60,123 nt of DNA from an uncultured Gammaproteobacteria bacterium (GCA_964592195.1 CAZQEI010000001.1:52885-113007), one strand, 5' to 3'. Shown: positions 38,540 through 49,073, numbered from the stretch's first letter. The notes: generated by a model not told the origin, from the letters alone. Program-made: numbers and translations.

Positions 38540-38943
38540 ATTATTAAAGGGGCAACCCTGTTAGTAATAGAACCCTTCGCACCCATGCTTGGCGAGGGGT
38601 TTTTTAACTACGAATTACGAATCCGCTACGAATCTACGAATAATGACACATTTAAGTTCAGTTTCCTCTTTTGCGAGTCCCGATTTATCGGGACGTGGCA
38701 ATCTCGAAGCTCTCTTATCTCTGGCTTTTTTATAATCCCTGCCTGCCGGCAGGCAGGCGCCTCTGGCGGAAGCCCGAAGACCGGTTTTGCAGTTCTACCA
38801 TTTAAATTAAACTTGGATTGTTTGCAGAGTCACTTTCCGCGTCAATGACGCGAGAGAAGACTATCTGCCACCTGAAGGTGGCGATAATATCCAAATATTT
38901 AGCCTTGTATATCTTGTTATTTCACGGTAAAATACAATCAAAT

Positions 38944-40509
38944 ATGCCTCTATTTTTATCAAAATTATGGTATAAACTCAAAACCCGCCCGAGCTGGCAA
39001 TATGGCGTGGTTTTTATTTTATGGGTAATTTTGTTGACCTCCATTTCCTGGTATCCAGCCTTTGGTGATCCTGATGGTTATTATCATGCCAAGATGGGAG
39101 AGATAATGAGTCAACAATTAGTTTACAAAACTTTTCCCTGGATGCAATTGTCAATTCTAAAAGATAATTTCGTTGATCATCACTTCTTGTACCATATATT
39201 GTTAATCCCCTTTTGCTGGTTGTTCACGCCTTTGTGGGGGTTAAAAATCGCTACGATTTTAATTGGTGCCGTATTCTTAACTTTGTTCTATCGTTTTTTC
39301 AAAGTTAATCATTTCAGTTGGCCTTGGTTATATCCAATATTATTACTTTCCGGCACTTTATTTACTTTCCGATTAGTCCTAGGCAAAGCTAATGGACTAG
39401 CTTTTATTTTTGTAATTTTATTATTGGAACAAATTATCAAACGCCAAAACAAACTTCTAGCACTAACCTCATTTTTGTTCACTCTAAGCTATGGCGGTTG
39501 GCCACTAGGATTATTTTTCGCGTTAATCTATGTTTTTAGCGATAGCGTAAATGTTCTCATTCAAACAAAAAAAATAAAACTCGCAATCTTTAACATTTGG
39601 AGTGCAGTTAACCGTAAACTTTTATTCAGTATTGGTTTGGGCAACTTAGCCGGAATAATCATTAACCCCTACTTCCCACAAAATATTAAATTTTATTGGG
39701 TTCAATTTGTAGAAATTGGAATTGTTAACTACCAAAAGTTTTTAAACGTGGGACGCGAATGGTTACCGGCCGATCCGGTTAATATTTTGAACACCGCCTT
39801 AATAATTTTATCCGCCTGGACACTGGCGTGGGTGTTATTTGTGATTAATCGTAAGCAATTAACAGTCAACCAAATATTTTTCGGATTGCTAAGCTTTACT
39901 TTTCTATGCTTAACCTTAAAATCCTTACGTTACGTTGAATATTTTATACCCCTCGCAGTTATTTTTATTGCCTATATTTTCACCTTAAAAAAAGATTCAA
40001 TTATAAATATCGTTCAACAATTAAACGAACTAAAAACACGAATACTTTATCTAATTAGCTATATCATCATAGTCGCGCTAGTTGGTGTGCATTTAATTCT
40101 AAACTTTTCCGCCATTGTAGTGTATTTGCGAAACATACCCTTCAACTATTTGGAAGCTGGCATGCAATATGTGCATGATAAAATTCCCGCCGGCACTGTG
40201 ATTGCTCATGCATCGTGGAGCAATTGGCCAAACATGTTTTATCACGACGACACGCATTTATATTTAAACGGACTTGATCCGACTTTCAGTTATAAATTTA
40301 ATCCTGAAATTCACAAGGCATGGGATAAAATTAACAATTCAGAAATTAATAATCCTTTGAATACCGTTGAATTTTTCCAAGAAATCCTCAAGACTGACTA
40401 TGTGTTTGTGCCACGCGCCAACGATAGATTTTTGCAAAACCTTCAAAGCAATCAATATTTTCAAGCCATTTACCAAGATGATCACGTGGTAATATTCAAA
40501 CTTTTGTAA
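38944..40509 (+). CDS. GT-C-like multi-TM membrane protein (putative glycosyltransferase)
   Basis: DPDGYYH after TM1, about 11 TMs, GREW; ATG 38944 preferred. Confidence 0.65.
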   Translation: MPLFLSKLWYKLKTRPSWQYGVVFILWVILLTSISWYPAFGDPDGYYHAKMGEIMSQQLVYKTFPWMQLSILKDNFVDHHFLYHILLIPFCWLFTPLWGLKIATILIGAVFLTLFYRFFKVNHFSWPWLYPILLLSGTLFTFRLVLGKANGLAFIFVILLLEQIIKRQNKLLALTSFLFTLSYGGWPLGLFFALIYVFSDSVNVLIQTKKIKLAIFNIWSAVNRKLLFSIGLGNLAGIIINPYFPQNIKFYWVQFVEIGIVNYQKFLNVGREWLPADPVNILNTALIILSAWTLAWVLFVINRKQLTVNQIFFGLLSFTFLCLTLKSLRYVEYFIPLAVIFIAYIFTLKKDSIINIVQQLNELKTRILYLISYIIIVALVGVHLILNFSAIVVYLRNIPFNYLEAGMQYVHDKIPAGTVIAHASWSNWPNMFYHDDTHLYLNGLDPTFSYKFNPEIHKAWDKINNSEINNPLNTVEFFQEILKTDYVFVPRANDRFLQNLQSNQYFQAIYQDDHVVIFKLL

Positions 40510-40510
40510 C

Positions 40511-42148
40511 ATGAATACTATTCGTTCAATATTCAAACAAATCTCAAAAGCCGAATGGAAAATTGTCGGGTTATTTTCAATTATTGCAATTATTTTAACT
40601 TCAATTTCACTAGTTCCTTTACTGTGGTCACCAAATGATTTGCACTGGACCGGCATTCGTTCATTAACCCCGGTTGATTACAATGTTTATTATTCTTATA
40701 TTCATCAAGTGAAAACCGGCCATTGGTTAATTTTTGACCATTTAACCACAGAAGCCCAACCGCTTGGTTTATTAAACATCTTCTGGTTAGGCACCGGTTT
40801 ACTAGCTAAACTATTCAATTTATCACCCATTGTTATTTTTCAACTAACTAGAATTTTGTTGATTCCTATTTTTACAATACTCGCCTATTTGTTCATTAGT
40901 TATTTTATCAAAGAAAAGTTCAAACGCTATTGGGCATTATTTTTTACGCTCTTTAGCAGTGGACTAGGCGTTTACATTTCAAACATTGATGAAGTAACAA
41001 ATACCGCTGGTTCAATGAAGTTTTATTTTTCGCGAGCCAGCGACCTTTGGATGACCGAGGGAACAATTTTCAACACCTTGATGAACTCATCGCACATGAC
41101 GGCTGCTTTAATTCTGATTATTGCGATTTTTTTATTACTAATTCTTGCCTTCGATTCTTTACGTTACCGATATTCAATCATCGCAGGTTGCTTGTCTTTA
41201 TTATTATTTAACTTCCACCCATATCAGTTGCCAACTATATTTTTTGTGCCCTTGTTATACGCCATAATGCTGGCAGTTTTCTATAAAAAAAATATTTGGT
41301 CGTTAGCCAAACACTATTTTTTATCCTGTTTAATCACAGCTCCGTCAATTCTCTATCATTTTTACACCATGACCGATAGTTTTTTAGGCGCCAGAGCTTA
41401 TCAAAATCAAACAGTCAGCTCTCCCCTATTTTTCACTTTAATCGGAATTGGTCTTCCAGGTATTTTAGCGGTAATCGGTTGGTGGCAAAAGAAAAATACA
41501 ATTCAAAGTAAAGACTGGTTTTTATTCTTTTGGGTAATTGTAATACTTCTCACTTTATACTTACCTGATTGGCAATTTCAACGCCGCGCTTTTCTGGGAT
41601 TATCGCTACCACTCGGAATATTATCAGCCGAAGGTTGGTTTTATTTAAAAGAAAAATTTATCCCATTTAAAAAACTACTAACAACTCCGATTATCTACGG
41701 CGGGTTAATTATATTTTTATTTGTACCAACAACGTTCTACAACATTATTCGCGATTATCGATATTTTCAAACACCAAATGATTATTTTTATCAATCGACG
41801 GATGAACAACGAGCTTTGAATTGGTTAAACGAACAACCAACCGGAGTGGTTTTATCGTCACCGTTTAACTGCGCCTACATTGTGGCAAAAACTGAACAAA
41901 TTACGTGGCTCGGACATCCGCATGAAACATTAAATTTCCACGCAAAAAAATTAACCGTTGAAAAAATGTTCAACAACGAAATGGCCGAGAATGAATTATT
42001 ATCACAGTGGCAAACCATGAATTTAAAATATCTATATTGGAATAAAGTCGACCAAGAAAGTTTCCCCGAGTTTAAACCAGAAACAAAAAAATACCTAAAG
42101 CCGGTATTTTCCAATTCAGATGTGACTATTTTTGAATTTGTCTACTAA
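40511..42148 (+). CDS. GT-C-like multi-TM membrane protein
   Basis: D...YYSYI.Q after TM1, FHPY, C-terminal soluble domain. Confidence 0.6.
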   Translation: MNTIRSIFKQISKAEWKIVGLFSIIAIILTSISLVPLLWSPNDLHWTGIRSLTPVDYNVYYSYIHQVKTGHWLIFDHLTTEAQPLGLLNIFWLGTGLLAKLFNLSPIVIFQLTRILLIPIFTILAYLFISYFIKEKFKRYWALFFTLFSSGLGVYISNIDEVTNTAGSMKFYFSRASDLWMTEGTIFNTLMNSSHMTAALILIIAIFLLLILAFDSLRYRYSIIAGCLSLLLFNFHPYQLPTIFFVPLLYAIMLAVFYKKNIWSLAKHYFLSCLITAPSILYHFYTMTDSFLGARAYQNQTVSSPLFFTLIGIGLPGILAVIGWWQKKNTIQSKDWFLFFWVIVILLTLYLPDWQFQRRAFLGLSLPLGILSAEGWFYLKEKFIPFKKLLTTPIIYGGLIIFLFVPTTFYNIIRDYRYFQTPNDYFYQSTDEQRALNWLNEQPTGVVLSSPFNCAYIVAKTEQITWLGHPHETLNFHAKKLTVEKMFNNEMAENELLSQWQTMNLKYLYWNKVDQESFPEFKPETKKYLKPVFSNSDVTIFEFVY

Positions 42149-43799
42149 GAATAAAACCCTGGCCAATATTAATAATCGAATAATCAACTTGCGCTGTTCC
42201 CATTTTATTTAGACCAACTCCTCGCGTTTCAATTGTTACAGGGGTAATGTTCGTTCGTGAAGAATGATTGACTCGACACCCAAAGGTTTCATTCACCCAC
42301 CAACCTGGAATAGGAGTTTCTAGATTTTCAACTTGATACCAACCATTTTCATCAATCAAATTACTAAATGTCGGACAGATAACCTCTGTCTCATTTTTTT
42401 TAAATAAATAATAATGACCGTAATTATTAACCAAAGAAAAATTCTTTAAAAGTTTAACTATATTCGCTTTTCCGGTTGAATAATATTGCGAGTAAATAGC
42501 ATGATCTTTGTAGGTAGATTCATAATCTAACCACTCACGATCGTTAATCAAAAGATAGCTCAAATCTGACGGCAGTTCGTAGCGGCCACGTCCAAACTGT
42601 TTGACCTCGAGAAAGGCGTAATTCAAGCTGTAAACCTCATTTTGAGTCGCCAGAGGCGCTAAAAACTCTGAACTGGCAAGCACTTTTGAATTTTCGGGAA
42701 TTAACTGTAACATTGAGTTAATTGACTGCTTTTCTTGAGTACTTCTAGTTAACGTTTGCCAATCTAAAACTGGACTTAAAATTATGAAGCAATACACCGT
42801 GGCTAAGACTAAAACGAAACCAAAGAATTGTTGTTTTTCTTTCGTTGAGACTGCAAATAATTCCATTACCCCCAAATAAATTATTGGGTAGAAAAACGCG
42901 CTGTAGTGCATCTGCCAAACCAAAGAACCTTGACCACCAAGCAAGGCGAATTCCAAGTAAATTAGAATTAAAGGAATCAGCCAGCGACCGCGAAATAGGA
43001 TTAAAAAACCAACCGGTAACAATGCGCCGATAATTAATTCCACTTGATTGAGATTAAACAAATTGGCAATAATGTTTTCATAATATCCGAAGAATTTATT
43101 GCCGCCATTATTGATGATTGAAATTATTCCCATTGAAACAGCGAAATATGCGCCACTTAAAATTACCGTCAACAAACTGAATTTACTACCATGCAACTGT
43201 CGATTGTTTTTTGTTAACAAGAACAAACCAAGCATGCCGGTTAATAATGAAACATCCTCACGGAGAAATAAACAAAAAAGCAAAAAAACAATAAAACAAG
43301 AAAGCAATTTTTTCTCGAGAGACCAGAACAGCAACATAATCCCTAGGGGCAACAAACATAGTGGAGAGAATTCAAAAACTGACTGATTCCACAAATATGG
43401 GTTGAATAAATAAGCCAAACCTATGAGTAACGATAGGCTGGGCGACAGTTTTTTCTTGGCGAGAACGAAAAACAGGACTCCGCTTAAAACTAAAAACAAA
43501 ACTTGTTCAATAATCAATAATAAGGGAGACTCAAACAACAAAAAATCCGGTAACCATAACAACAAAATCGGTGAAAAATGGTCGCCCAAGTAATTTGTTT
43601 GTTGAATTGATGAATAGAAAAAGTTGCCTTGACTGGAATGTTTCAATACATCGGTAAAGATTCCCAAGTCTAAGGCGTTATATTGAAAATTAAAATATTT
43701 AAACGTTACAATTACTGACAACAAAACAAATACCAAAATGGCGATTGAATAAAATATCTTTTGATAATGTTTGTTAATAAAAACTGAAAGTTGTTTCAT
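42126..43799 (-). CDS. DUF2079-like membrane protein (putative GT-C)
   Basis: DLGIF, NYLGDHFSPIL, REDV, HYS motifs. Confidence 0.7.
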   Translation of the reverse strand: MKQLSVFINKHYQKIFYSIAILVFVLLSVIVTFKYFNFQYNALDLGIFTDVLKHSSQGNFFYSSIQQTNYLGDHFSPILLLWLPDFLLFESPLLLIIEQVLFLVLSGVLFFVLAKKKLSPSLSLLIGLAYLFNPYLWNQSVFEFSPLCLLPLGIMLLFWSLEKKLLSCFIVFLLFCLFLREDVSLLTGMLGLFLLTKNNRQLHGSKFSLLTVILSGAYFAVSMGIISIINNGGNKFFGYYENIIANLFNLNQVELIIGALLPVGFLILFRGRWLIPLILIYLEFALLGGQGSLVWQMHYSAFFYPIIYLGVMELFAVSTKEKQQFFGFVLVLATVYCFIILSPVLDWQTLTRSTQEKQSINSMLQLIPENSKVLASSEFLAPLATQNEVYSLNYAFLEVKQFGRGRYELPSDLSYLLINDREWLDYESTYKDHAIYSQYYSTGKANIVKLLKNFSLVNNYGHYYLFKKNETEVICPTFSNLIDENGWYQVENLETPIPGWWVNETFGCRVNHSSRTNITPVTIETRGVGLNKMGTAQVDYSIINIGQGFILSRQIQK

Positions 43800-43801
43800 A
43801 C

Positions 43802-43975
43802 TAAGTAGATTATATCATGTTCATCCTTGACACTAAAGTGTCTGATATAAATTTTTTATAGGTTAGTGCTACGAATGACGTATTTGCTACGAATCAACGA
43901 ATACGGAATACTTTTGATAAATTGTCAGTTTAATTAATTATATTCGTAGATACGTAGCTGATTTGTTATTGGTAG
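43802..43975. repeat. ~173-bp direct repeat, left copy
   Basis: Near-identical to 44610-44782. Confidence 0.9.
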
Positions 43976-44022
43976 GAACAAAAAAGCTCCGGGCGGTTAC
44001 CAGAGCTTGAGACATCGTCGCT

Positions 44023-44472
44023 TTATGACGAGTAAATTTCTTTGATATACATTTTACGAGAGAACCTACCAATTACGAAATCCACTTTCGCGGGAGAACC
44101 ATTAATTGCGCTGTCATAACAATCCTGACTCACACCAACCGAATCTTGTAGTCCATCAACTTCAACACAGACAGACCAACTAGCTGGACAATAAATCGGC
44201 GTCATTGTAGTAACCCCATTACAGGTATTGCTAACATAGGTAGTATGTGCAGGTGAGTAACTTCTGCCAACGATTTGACCTAATCCTTGCATTCGAGGCA
44301 AAAACCAAGAATCAACAGCAATGAAGATCCCCCAAAAAATCATCGCCAGACAAAATAGGCTCACTAAAACGATGATAACAAAGAGGACCGTACCGAGAGG
44401 CCAATCCTTTGCCATCCTGATCATGTCTTCAATAAACCATCTCAAACTCGGATGATTGGCTAAATCTAGCAT
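44023..44472 (-). CDS. hypothetical single-TM protein in a repeat-flanked cassette
   Basis: AAGGAGG SD; own promoter TTGACA-17-TATATT (44547-44519), GCACCTTCACAA motif, terminator 43980-44008. Confidence 0.75.
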   Translation of the reverse strand: MLDLANHPSLRWFIEDMIRMAKDWPLGTVLFVIIVLVSLFCLAMIFWGIFIAVDSWFLPRMQGLGQIVGRSYSPAHTTYVSNTCNGVTTMTPIYCPASWSVCVEVDGLQDSVGVSQDCYDSAINGSPAKVDFVIGRFSRKMYIKEIYSS

Positions 44473-44609
44473 CCTCGCCTCCTTTGTGAAGGTGCTGGGT
44501 TCGCAAAACTAACTAATAAATATATAACATTTAAAAACATTTGTCAACAGCAAGTATCCAAATTTTATTTAATTTTAGATAAAAATATACACAATAATCT
44601 AATTCATTA

Positions 44610-44782
44610 TAAGTAGCTTATCATAGTGTCAGCCTTGACACTAAAGTGTCAGATATGAATTTTTATAGGTTAGAGCTACGAATGACGTATTTGCTACGAA
44701 TCAACGAATACGGAATACTTTTGATAAATTGTCAGTTTAATTAATTATATTCGTAGATACGTAGCTGATTTGTTATTGGTAG
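44610..44782. repeat. ~173-bp direct repeat, right copy
   Basis: Near-identical to 43802-43975. Confidence 0.9.
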
Positions 44783-44831
44783 TAATAAAAAAAACCCCGA
44801 CCAAACGATCGAGGTTTTAAAAGATTTTTTA

Positions 44832-45224
44832 TTACGGATTGGAAGGAGTCCCAGTAGCCTTGATAACTTGAGAGATAACGAAAGTGGAAATACTGTAAGC
44901 AGCCAGCATGAGAATCATACCAATGGCGGCGTTCTTGATCATAGCTTTTCCTTTTTTAACACCTTCATCACCACCGGTCATATACAAATAACCACCCCAG
45001 ATGATATAAACCACCATCAAAATACCGAGGAAACCGAGCACGACGTTGATAAGATTACCGATCATTTCCGGCAAATTGGTAGTCGGCGCTCCGCTTGGAC
45101 CATAAATACCTTCAGCGGTGGTGTTCAAATTTTTCTCAATGTCTAATTGCGCGAACGCGACTGGAGCCACGAGCACGAAGCACAGCACTAAAGCGAGCAC
45201 TGCACCAAAAACTTTTTTCTTCAT
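44832..45224 (-). CDS. VirB2/TrbC-like (CPR) pilin
   Basis: Signal peptide, I..V LGFLG, GG..YMT.GG, K.K.MIKNA.IG. Confidence 0.85.
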   Translation of the reverse strand: MKKKVFGAVLALVLCFVLVAPVAFAQLDIEKNLNTTAEGIYGPSGAPTTNLPEMIGNLINVVLGFLGILMVVYIIWGGYLYMTGGDEGVKKGKAMIKNAAIGMILMLAAYSISTFVISQVIKATGTPSNP

Positions 45225-45247
45225 AGCTATAAATTAATTATTTATAT

Positions 45248-45628
45248 TTAAGTTAAATAAGCGGCGGCGGTCAACTGTCTGATAACATAATATGAGATTG
45301 AATAAGCGGTTAAACAAATGATTAATCCAATTACGGCATTTTTAATCATGGCCTTTCCTTTCTTCACACCTTCATCACCACCAGTCATATACAGATACCC
45401 ACCCCAGATGATGTAAACGACTAATAGAATTCCCAAGAAACCTAGTGCCACGTTGATAATTCTTCCAATTAAAACCGGGAGATAAACAGCATCAGTGGTG
45501 CCGTAGGCAGAATTTCCCAATTGCCCATTTGCACTGTTAATATCTTCAGCTAACGAGGCGGCGAGCACTGGAGAAACTAGCATGAAACAAATAATTAATG
45601 CACTGACAATTCCAAATATTTTTTTCAT
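45248..45628 (-). CDS. VirB2/TrbC-like pilin
   Basis: Same motif; core nearly identical to 44832-45224. Confidence 0.85.
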   Translation of the reverse strand: MKKIFGIVSALIICFMLVSPVLAASLAEDINSANGQLGNSAYGTTDAVYLPVLIGRIINVALGFLGILLVVYIIWGGYLYMTGGDEGVKKGKAMIKNAVIGLIICLTAYSISYYVIRQLTAAAYLT

Positions 45629-45632
45629 ATAT

Positions 45633-46028
45633 TTATTGTCCTTCAGTCGCGGCTTTCACCATCCAGGAGATAACGTAACTCGATATGGAGTAGGCCAAGA
45701 GCATTATGACTAAACCGATTATACCATTTTTTATCATGTCTTTAGCCTTGGTGGTCATAGCAGGATCACCACCGGCTTGCATATACTTATATCCAGCTTG
45801 AACAATGTATACTGTTAAAACTAAACTGCAGATAACGATAATGGCTCTCACAATATTGCCAATCACCACCGGTAAATTCGCATTAGCAGAATCACCCATA
45901 GCCGCCGTACCGCCAGTTTGCAAAGTATTTTTTGCTGTTGTAAATGGGTTTTCAGCTGCCAATGCAATACTAGATAAAAACATAGTTAGTATTACTGCCA
46001 GCGAAAAACCAATTAAAAACTTTCGCAT
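45633..46028 (-). CDS. VirB2/TrbC-like pilin
   Basis: AGYKYMQAGGD...AKDMIKNGIIGL. Confidence 0.82.
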   Translation of the reverse strand: MRKFLIGFSLAVILTMFLSSIALAAENPFTTAKNTLQTGGTAAMGDSANANLPVVIGNIVRAIIVICSLVLTVYIVQAGYKYMQAGGDPAMTTKAKDMIKNGIIGLVIMLLAYSISSYVISWMVKAATEGQ

Positions 46029-46034
46029 AAATTT

Positions 46035-46403
46035 TTATGATCCTTGAATTTTTATAATTAAATTGAAAATATAAGTGGAAGCTGTGTATGAAATCGCAAT
46101 GATTACCACACCAATAATGGCGTTCTTCATCATGTCTTTGGCCTTTTGCACATTGGCTGGTACATCACCAGCAATCATCCACATAATTCCAGAGATAACA
46201 ATGAGGATCATTAACACCAAACCGATCAAACCCAACGCAGCATTTATTATCGTGCCAATCATAGTTACTAAATCTGTTTTTCCCGTATCATAACCAGCCG
46301 CAGTAGCAGTATTAGTTAAACCAGTGCTATTGGGATCAAAAGCTAAAGCGGAAAATCCAAACATTAATATTCCCAGAATTGAAATTGCCAATACTTTTTT
46401 CAT
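46035..46403 (-). CDS. VirB2/TrbC-like pilin
   Basis: SGIMWMIAGD...AKDMMKNAIIG. Confidence 0.82.
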   Translation of the reverse strand: MKKVLAISILGILMFGFSALAFDPNSTGLTNTATAAGYDTGKTDLVTMIGTIINAALGLIGLVLMILIVISGIMWMIAGDVPANVQKAKDMMKNAIIGVVIIAISYTASTYIFNLIIKIQGS

Positions 46404-46404
46404 A

Positions 46405-46836
46405 TTAAAAGTTTTTGCCTAAAGTTGCAATAATAAAATTTGTCCCTGCGTAACTTAAAACTATCACAATCACACCAATGGCTGAATATATCATATAACC
46501 CTTGGCTTTCTTCAATGTGCCAGTATCACCAGCCGAGGTCATAAACAAGAAACCACCGTAAAGCATTAACAGGAAAAACAACATACCAACAAACGAAATA
46601 ATTATATTTAAAAAATATCCGACTTTATTTTGCACCAAGGTGGTAGAACTTGCATCCTTATATTCTTTATCTTTACCAAGTAAATTCGCCGCATCTGCTG
46701 CATCATTCAAACCAGAAAGTACTGGTGGAGTGCCATCGTCAGCTGGAGGAGTGGCAGGTGGAATTGTTTGCGCCAATACCAAAACCGGCAAACAAAACAT
46801 TACACTGAATATAATTAAAACTATCAATTTCTTCAT
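46405..46836 (-). CDS. VirB2/TrbC-like pilin
   Basis: GGFLFMTSAGD...KKAK; ATG 46836 preferred (upstream extension is a 7-mer repeat). Confidence 0.82.
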   Translation of the reverse strand: MKKLIVLIIFSVMFCLPVLVLAQTIPPATPPADDGTPPVLSGLNDAADAANLLGKDKEYKDASSTTLVQNKVGYFLNIIISFVGMLFFLLMLYGGFLFMTSAGDTGTLKKAKGYMIYSAIGVIVIVLSYAGTNFIIATLGKNF

Positions 46837-46963
46837 AAAGCTTTCATCAACTGACAACATTGAACATTGATCATGGATCATGGATCATTGATCACGGGAA
46901 ACATATGTTGAACAAGGTCACCAACTGATGAAAGCGGCAGAGATGAACTCCGCCGCGAAATAA

Positions 46964-47335
46964 CTAGTTAGTCGCTGCGATATTAAATTGACCGATAACA
47001 AAGGTCGTAATAGCGTAGGCGCAGAGAATGATAGCTAAACCAATGACGCCGGAGATAATGAAACCTCGAGCTTTTTTGGTCTTGGCATCTTCACCACCGG
47101 AAGTCATATACATGAAACCACCAGCGAGCACTACGGCTACAGCGATGAGGCCCAAGAAGCCCAAAGCGGTGTTGATAAGGTTACCAGCAGTCGCCTTTAA
47201 ATCCTTGGAACCGAGTTCGAGAGTCTTGCCTACTGAATTGACACCAAATGGGTCATCAGAAGCAAACACTGGAGTGACGCAAATCAACGCCACGAGCACC
47301 AATGCGAGAGACACGCCTAAAAATTTCTTTGACAT
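46964..47335 (-). CDS. VirB2/TrbC-like pilin
   Basis: GGFMYMTSGGE...KKAR..I.SGVIGL. Confidence 0.85.
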   Translation of the reverse strand: MSKKFLGVSLALVLVALICVTPVFASDDPFGVNSVGKTLELGSKDLKATAGNLINTALGFLGLIAVAVVLAGGFMYMTSGGEDAKTKKARGFIISGVIGLAIILCAYAITTFVIGQFNIAATN

Positions 47336-47404
47336 GTGTTTTATTTTTAATTATTTATCTTTATAGTTATCGACCTTTGAATAGCTATATTATACACTAT
47401 TTTA

Positions 47405-48919
47405 TTAAAGCTTGGAAATCACAAAGTTCAAAACTGCGAAACTGGCAAAAACCGCCAACAAACCACCAATCGCCCATACTATGGTGCTCTTGGCTTCGGT
47501 TAACTTCTTCTGATCACCAGCACTGGTCATATATTTGAACCCAGAGAAGACAAACATGGCCAAAGCTAAGCTACCAATTAAACCTAATATTATCTTCAAC
47601 GAAGCACCGAGGATTTCAGACACTCTTTTGTCAGGACTGACAATCTGAGTTGCCGAAGCAATCGTTGATAATTTGGCTTTTATATCTTTCAATAACTGAG
47701 AATCTTCTTTGGTTTCACCAGTTTGACCGGGTGTGGTAACGGGAGAATCGGCTTTTACCGCCGTACACTTTGTTCCTTGCTCCATCTTCCCAGATAATGT
47801 AAAGACATCAATACAAATCTTTTCTGCTCCTGCTCTATCAGTACTCTTGTTTATATCATTACACTTATTTGTGTGCGGGGCGATTCCTTCACTCAAACAA
47901 AGATTTTTAATTTTCAAAATATCCGAAGGCATGCTTTGCACAATCACTTTAATAACATTTGAGCCACCAAAACTAGAGGTCACTGTCACACTGGCACTAC
48001 CATAATTTTCCGAAGCAATAGTTACAGCGGCCGCACCTGTGATAGTATCTGTGGTTTGACCGTCAAACTTGACGACAGTTGTTCCATCTAACTTCCAATC
48101 AAAGGTAGCACCGGCCATATTTGAAGCACCTGTTAATGTTACTTTTTCAGGCGTTCCACCAACTGTAAAATTTAAATATGCCGTGGTTTCTGTTTTACTG
48201 TTTACCGATATTGAAACTAAATCCTTTTCTGGGTAAGAAACAAAGTCCTTAAAAGCATTTTCTGGTTTATATGCATCCTTGCAAAAACTATCCATGGACT
48301 GTCCTTTTAAGAAATTGCTGTAATAAACATAGAACCAATATTTCACCATGGCTTGGGTACTTGGAACCAGTGCTTTCGATTTTGCTACAAAATCAGTGGC
48401 CACAGCATCGATAGTCTGAGCAGACGAAAACATTGGATCAAAAGTTCCTAAAGGAAAATTCGTTTCGTAGAAAATCGTTGATTTCGTACCATCTAAAATC
48501 CACTGTCCTTCATGTGGAGTAACACTTGCCAGATATTTAACATCCGAACCGTCTGGTTTAATCGCGCAACTGGCAAAATAATCATAAACCACATTTTCCC
48601 ACTCATCACTGTCCAACATTTTAAGCCCTACCACATTATCATGTTGAGTTTTATATTTTTCGACACAGGCTGCTTGATTCTCTGGGCCACTAACTGAAAA
48701 ATAATTATATGTCAGATCCATGCCTTTCTCCGCCCATAACTTTTGCGCGCAAAAGGAATAACATGACGTTTCATTTGAAACAGATGAATCATGAAAATCT
48801 GCCACAGTTGCTTCCTTTCTTATATGACAGCAACAATTATCTGCCAACGCCGCCGTAGCAATTAAATTTATCGCGAAAAAAGTCGCGAGGCTAAATAGAA
48901 TTTTTGTTTTAAATTTCAT
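47405..48919 (-). CDS. large Cys-containing exported protein with C-terminal pilin domain
   Basis: Signal peptide, ~390-aa insert, C-terminal GFKYMTSAGD...AKSTIVWAIGGL. Confidence 0.8.
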   Translation of the reverse strand: MKFKTKILFSLATFFAINLIATAALADNCCCHIRKEATVADFHDSSVSNETSCYSFCAQKLWAEKGMDLTYNYFSVSGPENQAACVEKYKTQHDNVVGLKMLDSDEWENVVYDYFASCAIKPDGSDVKYLASVTPHEGQWILDGTKSTIFYETNFPLGTFDPMFSSAQTIDAVATDFVAKSKALVPSTQAMVKYWFYVYYSNFLKGQSMDSFCKDAYKPENAFKDFVSYPEKDLVSISVNSKTETTAYLNFTVGGTPEKVTLTGASNMAGATFDWKLDGTTVVKFDGQTTDTITGAAAVTIASENYGSASVTVTSSFGGSNVIKVIVQSMPSDILKIKNLCLSEGIAPHTNKCNDINKSTDRAGAEKICIDVFTLSGKMEQGTKCTAVKADSPVTTPGQTGETKEDSQLLKDIKAKLSTIASATQIVSPDKRVSEILGASLKIILGLIGSLALAMFVFSGFKYMTSAGDQKKLTEAKSTIVWAIGGLLAVFASFAVLNFVISKL

Positions 48920-49073
48920 ATTTATTCATTTCCGCCGGAGGCGGATCCGCCTTTGGCGGAGAACATTGACCAAGGATCATTGATCAAAGAAAACTACTAA
49001 AAAATAATATTTGTAGATTTGTCCCCGCTTCTCGCGAGAGGCGGGGTGTGGTAGATTTGTGGATTCGTGGTCT

